64,000 bases of DNA, from contig OZ024741.1 of assembly GCA_964016885.1 (NCBI GenBank), forward strand, positions 174,034,001 to 174,098,000, written 5' to 3'. Every line of letters starts with the position of its first letter. Positions within the stretch are counted from its first letter, which is position 1. The stretch comes from Eledone cirrhosa (taxonomy: Eukaryota). The notes beneath the pieces were generated by a model. The model was not told where the DNA came from. It saw nothing but the letters and a program-made list of their open reading frames with translations, and ran no database searches. The translations under genes and the position numbers were made by a program. Positions 12,508-24,019 of the stretch are shown one piece after another.

Positions 12508-12776
12508 GGGTATAAAGGATGAAACAGGCTGGATATTAGATGGGTTCCCTGTGAGCTACAGCCAGACAAAGGTTTTAGAAAAAGCACTAACAGGTGTTGG
12601 TTCAGATGATGAGAAAAACAAAGTTAAAGATTTTGATAAAATGCAAAATGTGTCACAACTGTTGCCCAACCCCCACTTAGATGTAAAACCAGTAGAGAGA
12701 GTTAGTGGTATTGATATTGTGGTACTACTTGACATCCCAGATGACCTGTGTCTCACGAGAGCTGCTGGGGTACTTG
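12508..12776 (+). CDS. SPEF2: SPEF2-like exon, ADK-like GWILDGFP motif (GWILDGFPVSYSQTKVLEKALTG...GIDIVVLLDIPDDLCLTRAAG)
   Basis: ttctttgtcatag acceptor, gtaagt donor; adenylate kinase signature ILDGFP; phase 2/1 consistent. Confidence 0.9.
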
Positions 12777-13641
12777 GTAAGTATTGCATTTGATCACTTT
12801 TTCATTTCTCCTAGTGCTTAAATTGTTGATATCATGATCGTAAGGTTGTGAGTTCGATTCCTGGGCCAGGCAATGGGTTATGTTCATCATCATCATCGTT
12901 TAACATCTATTTTCCATGCTAGTGAGCAAACTACTTTATTTCACCTTGATTTTTGTGCCAGGAGTTGCAACCAGTTGATAGTATCAGCAATACAAAGACC
13001 AATTGAAACATTGTTTCCTTAATCTGATCTGATGACCGGTAACTTTCCATTTTAGTAAAGGAGTGATGCTGGATGTATCCAGTTTAGAATAGATACATCA
13101 TATGTATTGTTGTGTTGTAAGAGGTGACTAAAAGGTTGCTACCAGGAAAGGCATCTGGTCATAAAAAATTGCCTCAAAAAAGACCCTATGATTAGTATGA
13201 AGCTTGTGATAGGGCTTGCATGGCTAACTCCTGCTTTAGGAGAGAAAATTACTTTAAAATGCTTCTTGTTGTTTACTCAAGGAAGGTGAAGTAGTTTCCA
13301 TGACCCTTTTCATGGCCTCTGAAACTGGTGGGAAAGAGGAAGGAAGGTATCCTCAAACAACTGGAGACCTGATCTGAATGCTTGCAACAGAGTAGACTCA
13401 GTTAAAGGCACCCAAGGTCCAGGGGTTGGTGTTAAACTGGGTGACATATTAAGTCTACCAAAGTTCAGGTGGTCGAGTTTTCTTTGGACAGCATTTGGTG
13501 TTGTGGAGAGGGAAGACTTGTACACATAGGTGACTGATGGTCATCTTGTCCAGCCATATGCCTTGGAGAGCCAATCCCAAGATCACACAGTTATGTATAT
13601 TTACTGTAGTGTTATGATGCCCTTTTTTTAATTGAAGAAAG

Positions 13642-13800
13642 AGCATGGCTTAGTGGTTGGTGTGTTGAGCACATGAGCATAAGGTCATGAATTTGATGTT
13701 GAGACTGGGCAGTACATTGTGTCCTTGAACAAAACATTATATTTCACTTTGCTCCAGTCTATTCATCTGAAAAAAGTGAATTACAACAACACTGGTGTTA
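13642..13800 (+). mobile_element. SINE family B (tRNA-like head, gtgtccttgagcaagacactttatttcac body); other copies ~2715-2975, 14755-15045, 17765-18070(-), 34670-34860, 35940-36015(-), 48320-48480, 50415-50950
   Basis: Recurring catggcttagtggtt (A-box-like) ... gagttcgattcc (B-box-like) followed by a conserved body. Confidence 0.7.
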
Positions 13801-13875
13801 TGGAGAAGGGAGACTGGCTTGTGTGGGCAACTCCATATTACAAATATTATGACTTATGTCAATTTACTTCCACAG

Positions 13876-14011
13876 TATCTGAAAAAACCCAGGAATCCTT
13901 TCATATGTTCCACAACCCTCCGTCTTTTGGCCAAGCTACAGGAATTGCAGAAAAGGAGAGAGTTGTGCCTCTGTCAAGTAAATCATTCCATGAAGAAAAT
14001 GCTCAAAACAG
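13876..14011 (+). CDS. SPEF2: SPEF2-like exon (SEKTQESFHMFHNPP...HEENAQNR; ADK lid-like)
   Basis: ttccacag acceptor, gtaagt donor; HxxxNPP lid-type motif; phase 1/2. Confidence 0.85.
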
Positions 14012-15069
14012 GTAAGTATAAAGGATTATATATAATTTTCTCTGCTATTAACTTTATCTTTAGAGTGTCATCATCATCATCATTACCATTTTACATAGTG
14101 GTGATGGTGATGATAGTTGTGATGATTGTGTTGATAGTGATGGTGATAGTGCTGATGATGATGAAACATCTCCTCTTCCGTTAGGATGTTACATACAGTT
14201 TTGGAGAACTACTTAAATAAAAAGGAATCACATTGCTTTTTGCTTTGTATGATATTCTCTGGCAGTATGTTCAAAGGATCTTCTGAGATCAATCAGCATA
14301 TTGCTTATTAACCAAGAATCAGAGAAATTGAGGGAGATGAAAAGAAATGAAGAAAGAGGAAGGAGAGAGAGAGAGAGTGAGATAACTGTATTGATCTATC
14401 ATAGATGTGTAAATGTTAATGCAATGCTGGTAGGAAAGTATCATGCGATGGAAATAGATAGTGCAAACTTTGTTTTGATTGGGTGGTAAAGGGTTTGCTC
14501 TCATTGATAAGATGATGCAGAATTAACGTGTACTAAAAGATATTGCTTTGCAGCAATGTGCAACAACACAATTGTAAGCTTGCAGTTCCATGACAAAGTC
14601 AAATTAAACCTTAACAGAGATCATGTTTCCAGTAACTTAGCTTGTATTTGGGAAACATAAGTCAATGTACCACCACAAAGCATGTTAACCCTTTTCTTAA
14701 CACATGTCTAATGAAATACATGGTTTATATGTTACAATTAATTTTAAAAAATGAAGGTACATGGCTTAGTGGTTATGGTATTCAGCTCATGATCATAAGA
14801 TTGAGAGTTTTATTCCCAAACTAGGCAGCATGTTGTGTCCTTGAGCAAGATACTTTATTTTGCTTTACCCCAGTTTACTCACCTTGTAAAAATGAGTTGT
14901 ACGAAATAGAAAAAACCCAGCCTTGTCACATACTAAATCTCCCTGAGAACTACATTAAGGGTACATGTGTCTGTGGAATGCTCAGCCACTTATGCATTAA
15001 TTTCATGGGCAGGCAGTTGCATTGATTGAATTAACAGGAACACTGAAATGGAGGAGGTCCAATAACAAT

Positions 15070-16850
15070 ATCATCATCATCATTATTTTCACATCCTTTT
15101 TCTCCATGTTTGCAAGGGTTGGATGGGTCCTTTTCAGCACATCATCTCTCTCTCTACACACATCACAATCCTGTGTCATCTTCATTGTGAATTTCAGTGA
15201 TTTGAGATCAGCTCTCACCACTTCTGCCCAGGTCTTCCTTGACCTTCCTCTACTGCAGCTTCCTTCCACAGGGATTCGTTGGCACTTCTTAACCCAGCAA
15301 TCACTATCCATGAACATCACATACCTATACTAACACACTCTCTTGCACACTACTTCTGATTCCTCTTATACCCAGCTTTTCTCTCAGTTCATTCAAGCTC
15401 TATCATTTCTCACATTAAAATTGCACATCCATCGAAGCATGCTTGCTTCATTTCTCTCCAGTCTGCCCATATCCTCTGCAGTCTGTGCTCATGTTTCAGA
15501 GTTATGCAACATAGCACTTCGCACACAGATGACATACAGCTAGCCTTTCATTCAGAGGGAAAAACCTCTTGTTGTCAATAGAGGTAGTAGTTCCATAAAC
15601 TTCTTTAATCCTATCCTTATTCTAGCTACTATGCCCATGGAGCACCCTTCTCCACTGCTAATTAAATCACCTAGATATCAGAAGCTATCAACCACTTCTA
15701 TGGATCATTCCTGAAAAAGATTTATATCATTGTCGATACTGCTATCAATTAACCCTGAAAATCTACATACAAAGTCTTTCTTTCCTGTTAGTCTACCTGT
15801 TATCCCACTACATCTCTTGTGTACCCAAGATTTACATTGTGCACATCAAATAGAGTTTATGCCTATTCTTTTTCTACATATTGAGCAGGGTACTTTCCAG
15901 AAGGAATCAGGGTCCTATCTATTTTCTTACTTACTAGAACTTTAGATTTAGCTAGGTTTACTCTCAGCCCTTTTGATTCCAAATTTTGTTTCCATAGTCA
16001 GAACTTAATCTCTAGTTCTTTTAGGGATTCAGCTATTAGGTCCTGATCATCAGTATACAGAAGTTCCCATGGCCAACCAGTCTTAAACTCCTCCGTTATG
16101 GCCTGAAGACCGAGCTCTGCTGAACTCCTACATGTACTTTAAATTCTCCATTAAACTCATTTCCTACACTCACTCTATTAACAGCCTCTCTATACAAGGC
16201 TTGCACTGCTCGCACAAGCCACTCTTCCACCCCTAGTTTCCTTAAGAACCACTAGATGTCAAATGAATGAACTCTGTCAAAGGCCTTTTCTAAATCAACA
16301 AAAGCTAAATTTAGTGGCTTATTCTTGGAACTCCTCTTGTAGTTGTCTTACTATGAAGAAGACATTTCAAGTACTCCTCCCAGGCACAAAACTAAACTGC
16401 ATCTCATCTAACTTTACTCTTTCCTTAATTAGCTGTGTTAGAATTCTTTCCATCACTCTCATAATTTGGTCCAGAGCATCACTTTTTCCTTGTAGCAATT
16501 AACACATGTACTACTGTACCAATCATTGGGTATAACATCATCCTGTTTTACCTGATTGACCATGTAGGTGACTAGTTTAACTCCTAGATCTTCCAAAGTG
16601 TTTAGCATCTTGGCAACTATCCCTGATGGTCCTGTGGCCTTACCATTCTTCATCTCTTTGATTGCTTCTTTGACCCTCTAACTGTCAATTTCAATAGCTA
16701 GTCTCTTTCATCAGCCTCTCATAGTAACATTTCCAGGCTTCTTTCTTTTGAACATCAGTGATGCTTAGTGAACTGGAGTTATTTTGATCACACTTTTCCC
16801 CAACAACATCGTGATTCCCACTGATACACTGCCTTGCAATGCAAAACACC
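15070..16850 (-). mobile_element. Degenerate RTE LINE copy (antisense to host gene)
   Basis: Minus ORFs MKNGKATGPSGIVAKML..., RGRSRKTWAEVVRADLKSL; (CAT)n tail at ~15072; PHD remnant ~15770-15890. Confidence 0.9.
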
Positions 16851-19129
16851 TAAAAAATTTCGAGTAATTGAATAAAATAAACAAGTTTTTCATTGAGTAA
16901 CATTACCCAACAAAAAATGTCTTATACAAAATTCTGATCCGATGTTTTGATTTTAGAATGAACCTTTTAAAATGCACAGTTGTGTATCATAAAACCAGGT
17001 CAATTTCAAGTGAGTTGGTATCAAAAATGTTAAACCAAGGTGAATGCATAAAGACAATTCATGTGATTTTCCCTAGGTTTTTGCATTTAATTCTTTTGTC
17101 ATCATATTTCTAATGGAAGACGCAGCTATGGTTTACAAATAATCTTTAAAATAATCAAGAATTTGGAGATTTAGTAACTTTCCCATTAGTTATGAATTCT
17201 ATTATATTCTTAGTTCAAATTTCACTGAAGTCTACTTTGCTTTTCATCATTCCGTAGTTGAATAAAGTACCAGTTAAGAACTGGGGTCAATATAATTAAC
17301 TTTTCACTTCTTCCTTAATTGCTGGCTTTGTGCCAATGTTAGAAAGAATTATTAAGCTAGTGTTTGGAACCTAACTTAAAGGTTCTTACATAAAATTATG
17401 ATGCCCTTTCTATTACCAACCACTTTACAGAGTGAAGTGGGTGATTATTTATTGTGTAGATCACCAACATCAGGAAAGTTGTCATGTCTGAAGAGTCTTA
17501 TTGAGTCTTTGCTTGGCAAGTTTTCTAAGACTGGATGCCCTTCCAACCACTTTAAATGCATATACAGTGTGTTTATCGTGTATATGTAAGCAAATTAAGA
17601 TACATATATACATTGGAAAGTTGTAAAGGCTGTCTGTTTGTTTATACAATTTCACTGTAGTAAAAAAATTAGTGATTGGCTGGATTATAGTTTCCAATAT
17701 TATGTTCTATTTAGCAACCAGTTACACACTTTAACTAATCACTATGGAGTTGTGATTTTTAATAACCCAGGTGTTGTATTGGACTTCTGTCAGTTCTGAT
17801 GTTAAGTGTTCCAGTTGTTGGAACAACAGAACAACCTTCTTGTGTAAGTGGCTGAGCATTCCATAGACACATGTATCCGTAATGTGGTTTTAAAGGAAAT
17901 TCAGCACGACACACTGTGTGACAAAGCTGGCTCTTTGAATTATCAACACAACTCATGTTTGCCAACAATATGAAATAAAGTGCTTGCTCAAAGATACAAT
18001 GCATCAGCAGGATTAAGTCAATGAACTTACGATCATGAGCCAAACATCCTCACCAATAAGCCATGTGCCTTCTCTTAATAAACCAATCATTTTGATTTAA
18101 ATATTAGACACATTTATGGCTGTTCTATTAAATAAATTACTGATATACCAGTAGTGTTTGTTTTGATACTATGGATACTAGGGGCAAACAAATCAAATAT
18201 TTAAATCCATATACTGGGTGTAATAAAATTCACTTAGTGATATCGATAGTGGTGGTTTTAACACTGCTTTATATGGATTAATTAACTCTTAACATCATAT
18301 GATAATTTAGCAGAAAATATCTAAAAATAAGTTTGTTTAAATGTTTATAGAATCATTACAAGTGGACAAATCATTGTGAAAATTTGCAGTAAAGTAAAGA
18401 CTTTAATTTTTAATGTGATGCAGTCATAGTTCTGTTTTATACATTTCAACAATATCTTGATAATGTGGTTTCATGCAATGCAGGAGTTAAAGATTTAAAG
18501 TTGATAATCAGTTACTGAAAAGAATGTAATAATATTTGAAACTAAAGCCCAACCAAACTCTCTTCTTTTTATCATAGTGTAGTTGCATAATCCTTTCATT
18601 AATGAGATACATTGTGTTTTAATTAATTAGTGAAGGATTTTTTAAAAGTATAATTTCATTAAGATGGTATTCATAACAACAAAATGTTCTATGAAATTAT
18701 GTTAGAAGATTTTAATTTAAGTAGGAAACCTTTAAAATGGGTTGTATGTTTCCTTAAAACACATGTAATTTTGGGCAGGTTAGTATAAAATGGGATAAAC
18801 AAACTGACAATTTTTACAGCTGTTCAATGTATCTTTGTGGCACCAATTTCTTTATACATGCAGTCACTGCTAAAATCTATAGGTTTGTCTTATAGCATAC
18901 CATATAGCATATTATACTATGGGATAGTAGAGTATACTATAGTATGGTATAATATTCTATAATATACCATAGTGTACTATAGTAAAATATGGTATATTAT
19001 AAACTGTACTGCTCTATACCATACTATAATGTACCATAGTATATTATAGTACAAACAAGAACAACTCTGCCTTTATCAGTTTTTGACAATGTAATGTTTC
19101 ACCAAGAAATCATTAATGTCTATAACTAC

Positions 19130-19245
19130 ATTCTGAGTTCAAATCCCGCCGAGGTTAACTTTGCCTTTCATTCTTACGGGGTCGATAAAATAAAGTACCA
19201 GTAATGCACTGGTTAATTGCTGGCCTTGTGCCAAAAGTAGAAACA
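19130..19245 (+). mobile_element. 5'-truncated SINE family A copy with 18-bp TSD
   Basis: attaatgtctataactac at 19112-19129 and 19246-19263; body gcctttcattcttacggggtcgataaaataaagtaccag. Confidence 0.9.
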
Positions 19246-19324
19246 ATTAATGTCTATAACTACTTGAAATATTTGTAATGTTCACCTTAACATCTGTTAC
19301 CATTATCAAACTAGAACTTCTAAT

Positions 19325-19728
19325 AATTCTTTCTCAACTAAGCACAAGCTCAGTAATTTTGGGGAGAGTAAATCAATTAAATCTTTACTTTATCAGTACC
19401 ACCAAAAGGATGAAAGGCAAAGTTGACCTCAGTGGGATTTGAACTCAGAAACTAAAGAGCCGTAATAAATACCACAAAGTATTTTGACTGACACTCAACC
19501 AATACTACCAATCCACTGTCCTGAAATTTCTAACAATAATTGTTTCTACTTTTGGCACAAGGCCAGCAATTATCCCAGTGCATTACTGGTACTTTATTTT
19601 ATCAACCCCGTAAGGATGAAAGGCAAAGTAAACCTCGGTGGGATTTGAACCCAGAACGTAAAGGGCCATAACTCTATGCTGCAAAGCATTGTGTCTGACG
19701 CTCTACCGATACTGCCAATCCACCAGCC
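19325..19728 (-). mobile_element. Two tandem SINE family A copies
   Basis: Second copy 19541-19728 flanked by tttctaacaataat (19527-19540 and 19729-19742); older copy immediately to its left. Confidence 0.85.
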
Positions 19729-19792
19729 TTTCTAACAATAATAACATCTATGTGAATACATCTATATTATTTTAATTTTTCGCAATTAACAG

Positions 19793-19931
19793 ATTGATGA
19801 TATTTTCCAATTATTGGCCGAAAATGGAGAAATGGTTCTCAATACTTGGTAATTTGCACTATGTAGATGGAACCCAAGATAAGAATATTGTCTATGATGA
19901 AATAAAGAACATAATTGATGAATTTTTACAT
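19793..19931 (+). CDS. SPEF2: SPEF2-like exon (LMIFSNYWPKMEKWFSILGNLHYVDG...EIKNIIDEFLH)
   Basis: aattaacag acceptor, gtaagt donor; resembles SPEF2 'FLDNWPLLEQWFS'; phase 2/0; not in the ORF track. Confidence 0.85.
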
Positions 19932-20778
19932 GTAAGTCAATTGTAAATTGGGGTAAGATGTTCAATTGATTTATGTCAATCCATTTCCCTGGATTCGTAA
20001 GGTTTCTTTTCATGTTGAAGTGTTCTAACATTTTTTAAAATAAGCAGCACAATAGTGTATGGCTAACAGAAGAGATTAGAAGCCATTTTGTGTCGAAGAA
20101 AGTGTAATTTGTGAGTTATGGTCAAAGATATAACATGACTATGAAGAAATCTAATGGGACTTTGTGCTGTTATTGTCTGTGGCTTTTAAACAATTATTTA
20201 TAAATTATTGTAAAATTGCAGGTTGGTAATAGGAAGGGCATCAAACCATAGAAAACCTGCCAAATAAAGAGTTAGGAAGACTCTTAGGACATGACAACTT
20301 CCTTAATGTTGGTGCCATGATAAAATATATTCAGTAGAGTGTGGGATCATGTCATGACCCTAGCCCATGTGAAGGTCAGTAACTTCTGTATTGACCAGTC
20401 TGTGACAACACAGCCAACCCTTGCTAGAAGAGAAAATGGTTGGTAAAATATTAAATTATACTGCAATAAAGACAGACAAGCTGAAGTTTAATCACCATTG
20501 AAGCAAAGAGGTCGACCCCAAAAGCATGCGAGACATTTCTTTTCTGTTTAGTCAGGGATGTGAAGCATGCAGTCTATTGACCCTTTTCAGGAGTCTCCCA
20601 GACTGGTAGAATGCAAGGGGGGAATGTATACTTAAACTGGAGACCTAGTTCAAATGCTTGCAATAGAGTGAAGTTTGCTAAAGACAGCCAAAAACCAGTT
20701 GGGGGTGTTAAACTGAATGACGGATTAAGTCTATCACACAAGAGCCAAATAGTGGTGTTTAATTGTGTAATAGATTAA

Positions 20779-21000
20779 CCCTTTAGCATTTAAACTGGCC
20801 ATATCTGACCAGAATTCTCTCGCCTTTTTTCTGTTCAAACCGGCCATAACCAGCTGCTCATACTTATGTTAAGGTATTTTTCTCAAAATAAATAATATCA
20901 AAATCTCATAGATTCAATATTATGTGAGATAATTATTTGAAATAAAGTGTTTATTGTGAAAATACAATAGTAAATATAGAGTAATGAAAATGTTAAAGGG
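20779..21000. mobile_element. piggyBac-type MITE (TTAA TSD, CCCTTTAGCATT terminus)
   Basis: ttaa|ccctttagcatt...tgttaaaggg|ttaa; same family as 50630-50839 in opposite orientation. Confidence 0.85.
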
Positions 21001-21224
21001 TTAAGTTTACCACTCAAGGGTTAGGTGGCAGTGTTAAACAGGGTAATTGATTAAGTCTACCACACAAGGGCCAGATGGTGGTGTTGAACTATTCATGTAG
21101 GACATAGCAAAATTTGAACCCAGAATGCAAAGAGCTAGAGGAAATATCACAAAAGCATCTCATCGAACACTAACAATCCACTGCTCCAGAGTGGTAATTT
21201 ATTTTATTGACCAAATTAAAAGTG

Positions 21225-22390
21225 AGGGAGGATAGGCCAAAAGTGTGATAACTAGGATAAGAACAGGCTTGAAGAAGTTTAGAGAGCTGTTACTGCTGCT
21301 GACAACAAAGGGTTTTTCTCTCAGAGTGAAGTGTAAACTGTATGATGCCTGTGTGCAAACAGCAATGCTACATGGCAGTGAAACATGTGGGCTCTGACTG
21401 CAAAAGACCCGCAGAGGCTAGAAAGAAATCAATTGAGTATGCTCTGATGGATGCCTAATTTTAGTGTGCATGAGTGACATAGCATAAGCAAGCTGAGGGG
21501 AAACTTGGTAAGGAGGAATTAGATACAATTTGCAAGAGAGAAGACTTCATAGTATAGACATGTAAATTGTATGGAAGATAGCAGCTGCATAAAAAATGCA
21601 GAGAAACCTCAGAGGCTGGGACTCTTGGCAAAGGCAAACCCAGAAAGACATGGGTTAAGGTTGTGAAGACTAACATTATAAAATTAGACTTCACAACAGA
21701 AATAACAAAGGACCATGAGGATAGGCACTATGCTGTGATAATGAAGACCTGGCCGACATCATACAATGTAGCCTGACTTATCTTTATGTCCACTCCTCCT
21801 ACCACCAGCACTCCCATTACTACATCACCCAAACCAGGCCCCCTCCAGCGTTCACCCTTTAGCTGCAGCCCCCACTTCAAATGTCCTTTCACTCCTTAGC
21901 CACTGCCGTCCTCAAAAGCACCCCAATAGCTATTCTCTTCCCACCCATGCCCCTCCCAGTAGCTGCTATCCTCACCATCATTACACCTCCACTAAAACCC
22001 CTAGATACCTCAGAAACCTTTCTAAACAAAGGTTTGGGAAGACCTTTCAGTTGTGTCAAGGACATGACAACTTCCTCTGTGCATTAGTGTTAGTGATCTA
22101 CACAATAAATGCACACAGCACACACTCTAAAGTTGTTGGTGATAGGAAGGGCATCCAGCCACAGAAATCTTTCCAAACATATGGTTGGGTGGACCCTTCA
22201 GTTGTGTCAAAGACATGACAACTTCCCCTGTGCACTCAATAGAATGCAAGATCATATGTAAATGAGATGCAGGACCCTGGGCTTGTTAGGGAGGTCAGTA
22301 GCCTTGCTTCAGTACTGATTTGGTTTATGTAGACCCATATGACCCTTGCTAGCTTGGAAAGCAGTTGTTAAACAATGATGATGCTGATGA
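21225..22390 (+). mobile_element. Degenerate RTE 3' portion with long 3' UTR
   Basis: LYDACVQTAMLHGSET remnant, aggaagggcatccagcc motif, (GAT)n-like tail. Confidence 0.7.
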
Positions 22391-22683
22391 TCCTGAAAGG
22401 ATGAAAGGGAAAGTTAACCTTGATGAAATTTGAACTCAGAACAGGAAGAGCTGGAAGAGGATTTTGTCTTATGCTCCGCCAACTCTGCCAACTTGCCAGC
22501 TAGTGTAAAGAAACCAGTTAATGGGAAGAAGAGTAGAGTTAACTATTGAAATTGTAAGATAATACTGAGAGGAATTGCACTTATTTCATTAAACGAACAA
22601 AAGCTTGATTTTCAAATTCCCATTATCTAAGATCTTATAATAATAATAATAATGATGATAATAATAATAATAATAATAATAAT

Positions 22684-22910
22684 GTTTTCTTTATTAACCA
22701 CAAGGGTTCACATAAAGTAGACATTAAGGACAGTACAGGACAATACAGGACGGCACAAATGGGCATTTCTGCGTGTAAAAAAACAGAGGTTGAAATAAAA
22801 TAACAAAGAAAAATTCCCCAATAGGGGGGAGACTTCCAAGGGACATTTGTGGAGAAAGCCCATTAAAAGACCACAGTGGCCCTGACCACCAGGGCAAGTG
22901 CCCTCTCCCA
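22684..22910 (-). mobile_element. Unclassified retroposon 3' end with (ATT)n tail
   Basis: Minus strand ends cccttgtggttaataaagaaaac followed by (att)n. Confidence 0.45.
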
Positions 22911-22961
22911 GTTTTTCACCTTTAATTTACAGATAATAATAATAATAATTTCATTTCACAG

Positions 22962-23033
22962 AAAGATGATCAAATTGCTTCAACTATGTCTGCTCTTGAT
23001 AATGAAGTGGAAGAGCAACCTCAAATACCATCA
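22962..23033 (+). CDS. SPEF2: SPEF2-like 72-nt exon (KDDQIASTMSALDNEVEEQPQIPS)
   Basis: tttcatttcacag acceptor, gtaagt donor; phase 0/0; acidic linker. Confidence 0.7.
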
Positions 23034-23117
23034 GTAAGTATATCTTCACTGTATTAGCTAAATTTTCTTAATATTAGCTAAATTATCTTAGAATATGCTG
23101 TAATTGATTATACTTAA

Positions 23118-23323
23118 CCCTTTTGGGACAAAGTTTACCGATACTTCCACACTGAAAAACACAGAACCGTTTTATGAAATGCAAAAAGAACAAAAATGTT
23201 ATTAAAACTAATTCTCTATAGACAAAAAAAAAACGAAGTGGATAAATTTCTTAAGAGATCATCTTATCTTTTTCTAAGCATAAAAATAGTAGCTGATAGA
23301 TTAATCTAATTGTGATGTAAGGG
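23118..23323. mobile_element. piggyBac-type MITE (second family); similar TTAA/CCCTT-ended relics at ~38095-38349 and ~56415-57450
   Basis: ttaa|cccttt...taaggg|ttaa. Confidence 0.65.
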
Positions 23324-23865
23324 TTAATATGTATTTTAAAATAAAATGTACGCCTTTTGAATTATAGTTTTATGGTAGTGAGACAAGTATAGAGGATGTG
23401 TGAAGGCTAGAAACAAATGAAGTGAGCATGATCTGGTAGATGTGTAATGTTAGTTTTCAGGGACAACAAAGCACAGATGAGTTAAGAGAAAAACTGAATA
23501 TAAGAGGAATCAGATTTTGTGGGCAAGAGAGAAAGCTGCACTAGTATGGGCATGTAATATGTATGGTTGATGACAGTTTGATAAAGATGAACCAGGTGAT
23601 CCAATTGGAGAGAAGCCACAGAAGAGGATGACTGAGGAAGATATGGGATGAGGTGATGAAAGCTGATTTCAGGATTCTGAACCTCACAAAGGAGATAACA
23701 AATGAATACAAGTGACATGATGCTGTGTTGGAAAGAACTTGTCCAACCCATGCAAGCATGGACCCTCCATAAAAACTGGCTCTGACAGTTCTGATGCATT
23801 TTTCTTAGTTATTCTAACCGGTCTATTATTATATTTCCTATATACAACTTATCATTATCCATGGT

Positions 23866-24002
23866 ACAGTTACGTCCCTTTACGTTCTGAGTTCAAATCC
23901 CGCCGAGGTTAACTTTGCCTTTCATCCTTACGGGGTCGATAAAATAAAGTACCAGTAATACACTGGGTAATTGCTGGCCTTGTGCCTAACGTAGAAACAA
24001 TT
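23866..24002 (+). mobile_element. 5'-truncated SINE family A copy
   Basis: Near-identical to the 3' two-thirds of 29741-29926. Confidence 0.85.
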
Positions 24003-24019
24003 ACTTATTACTGTATATG

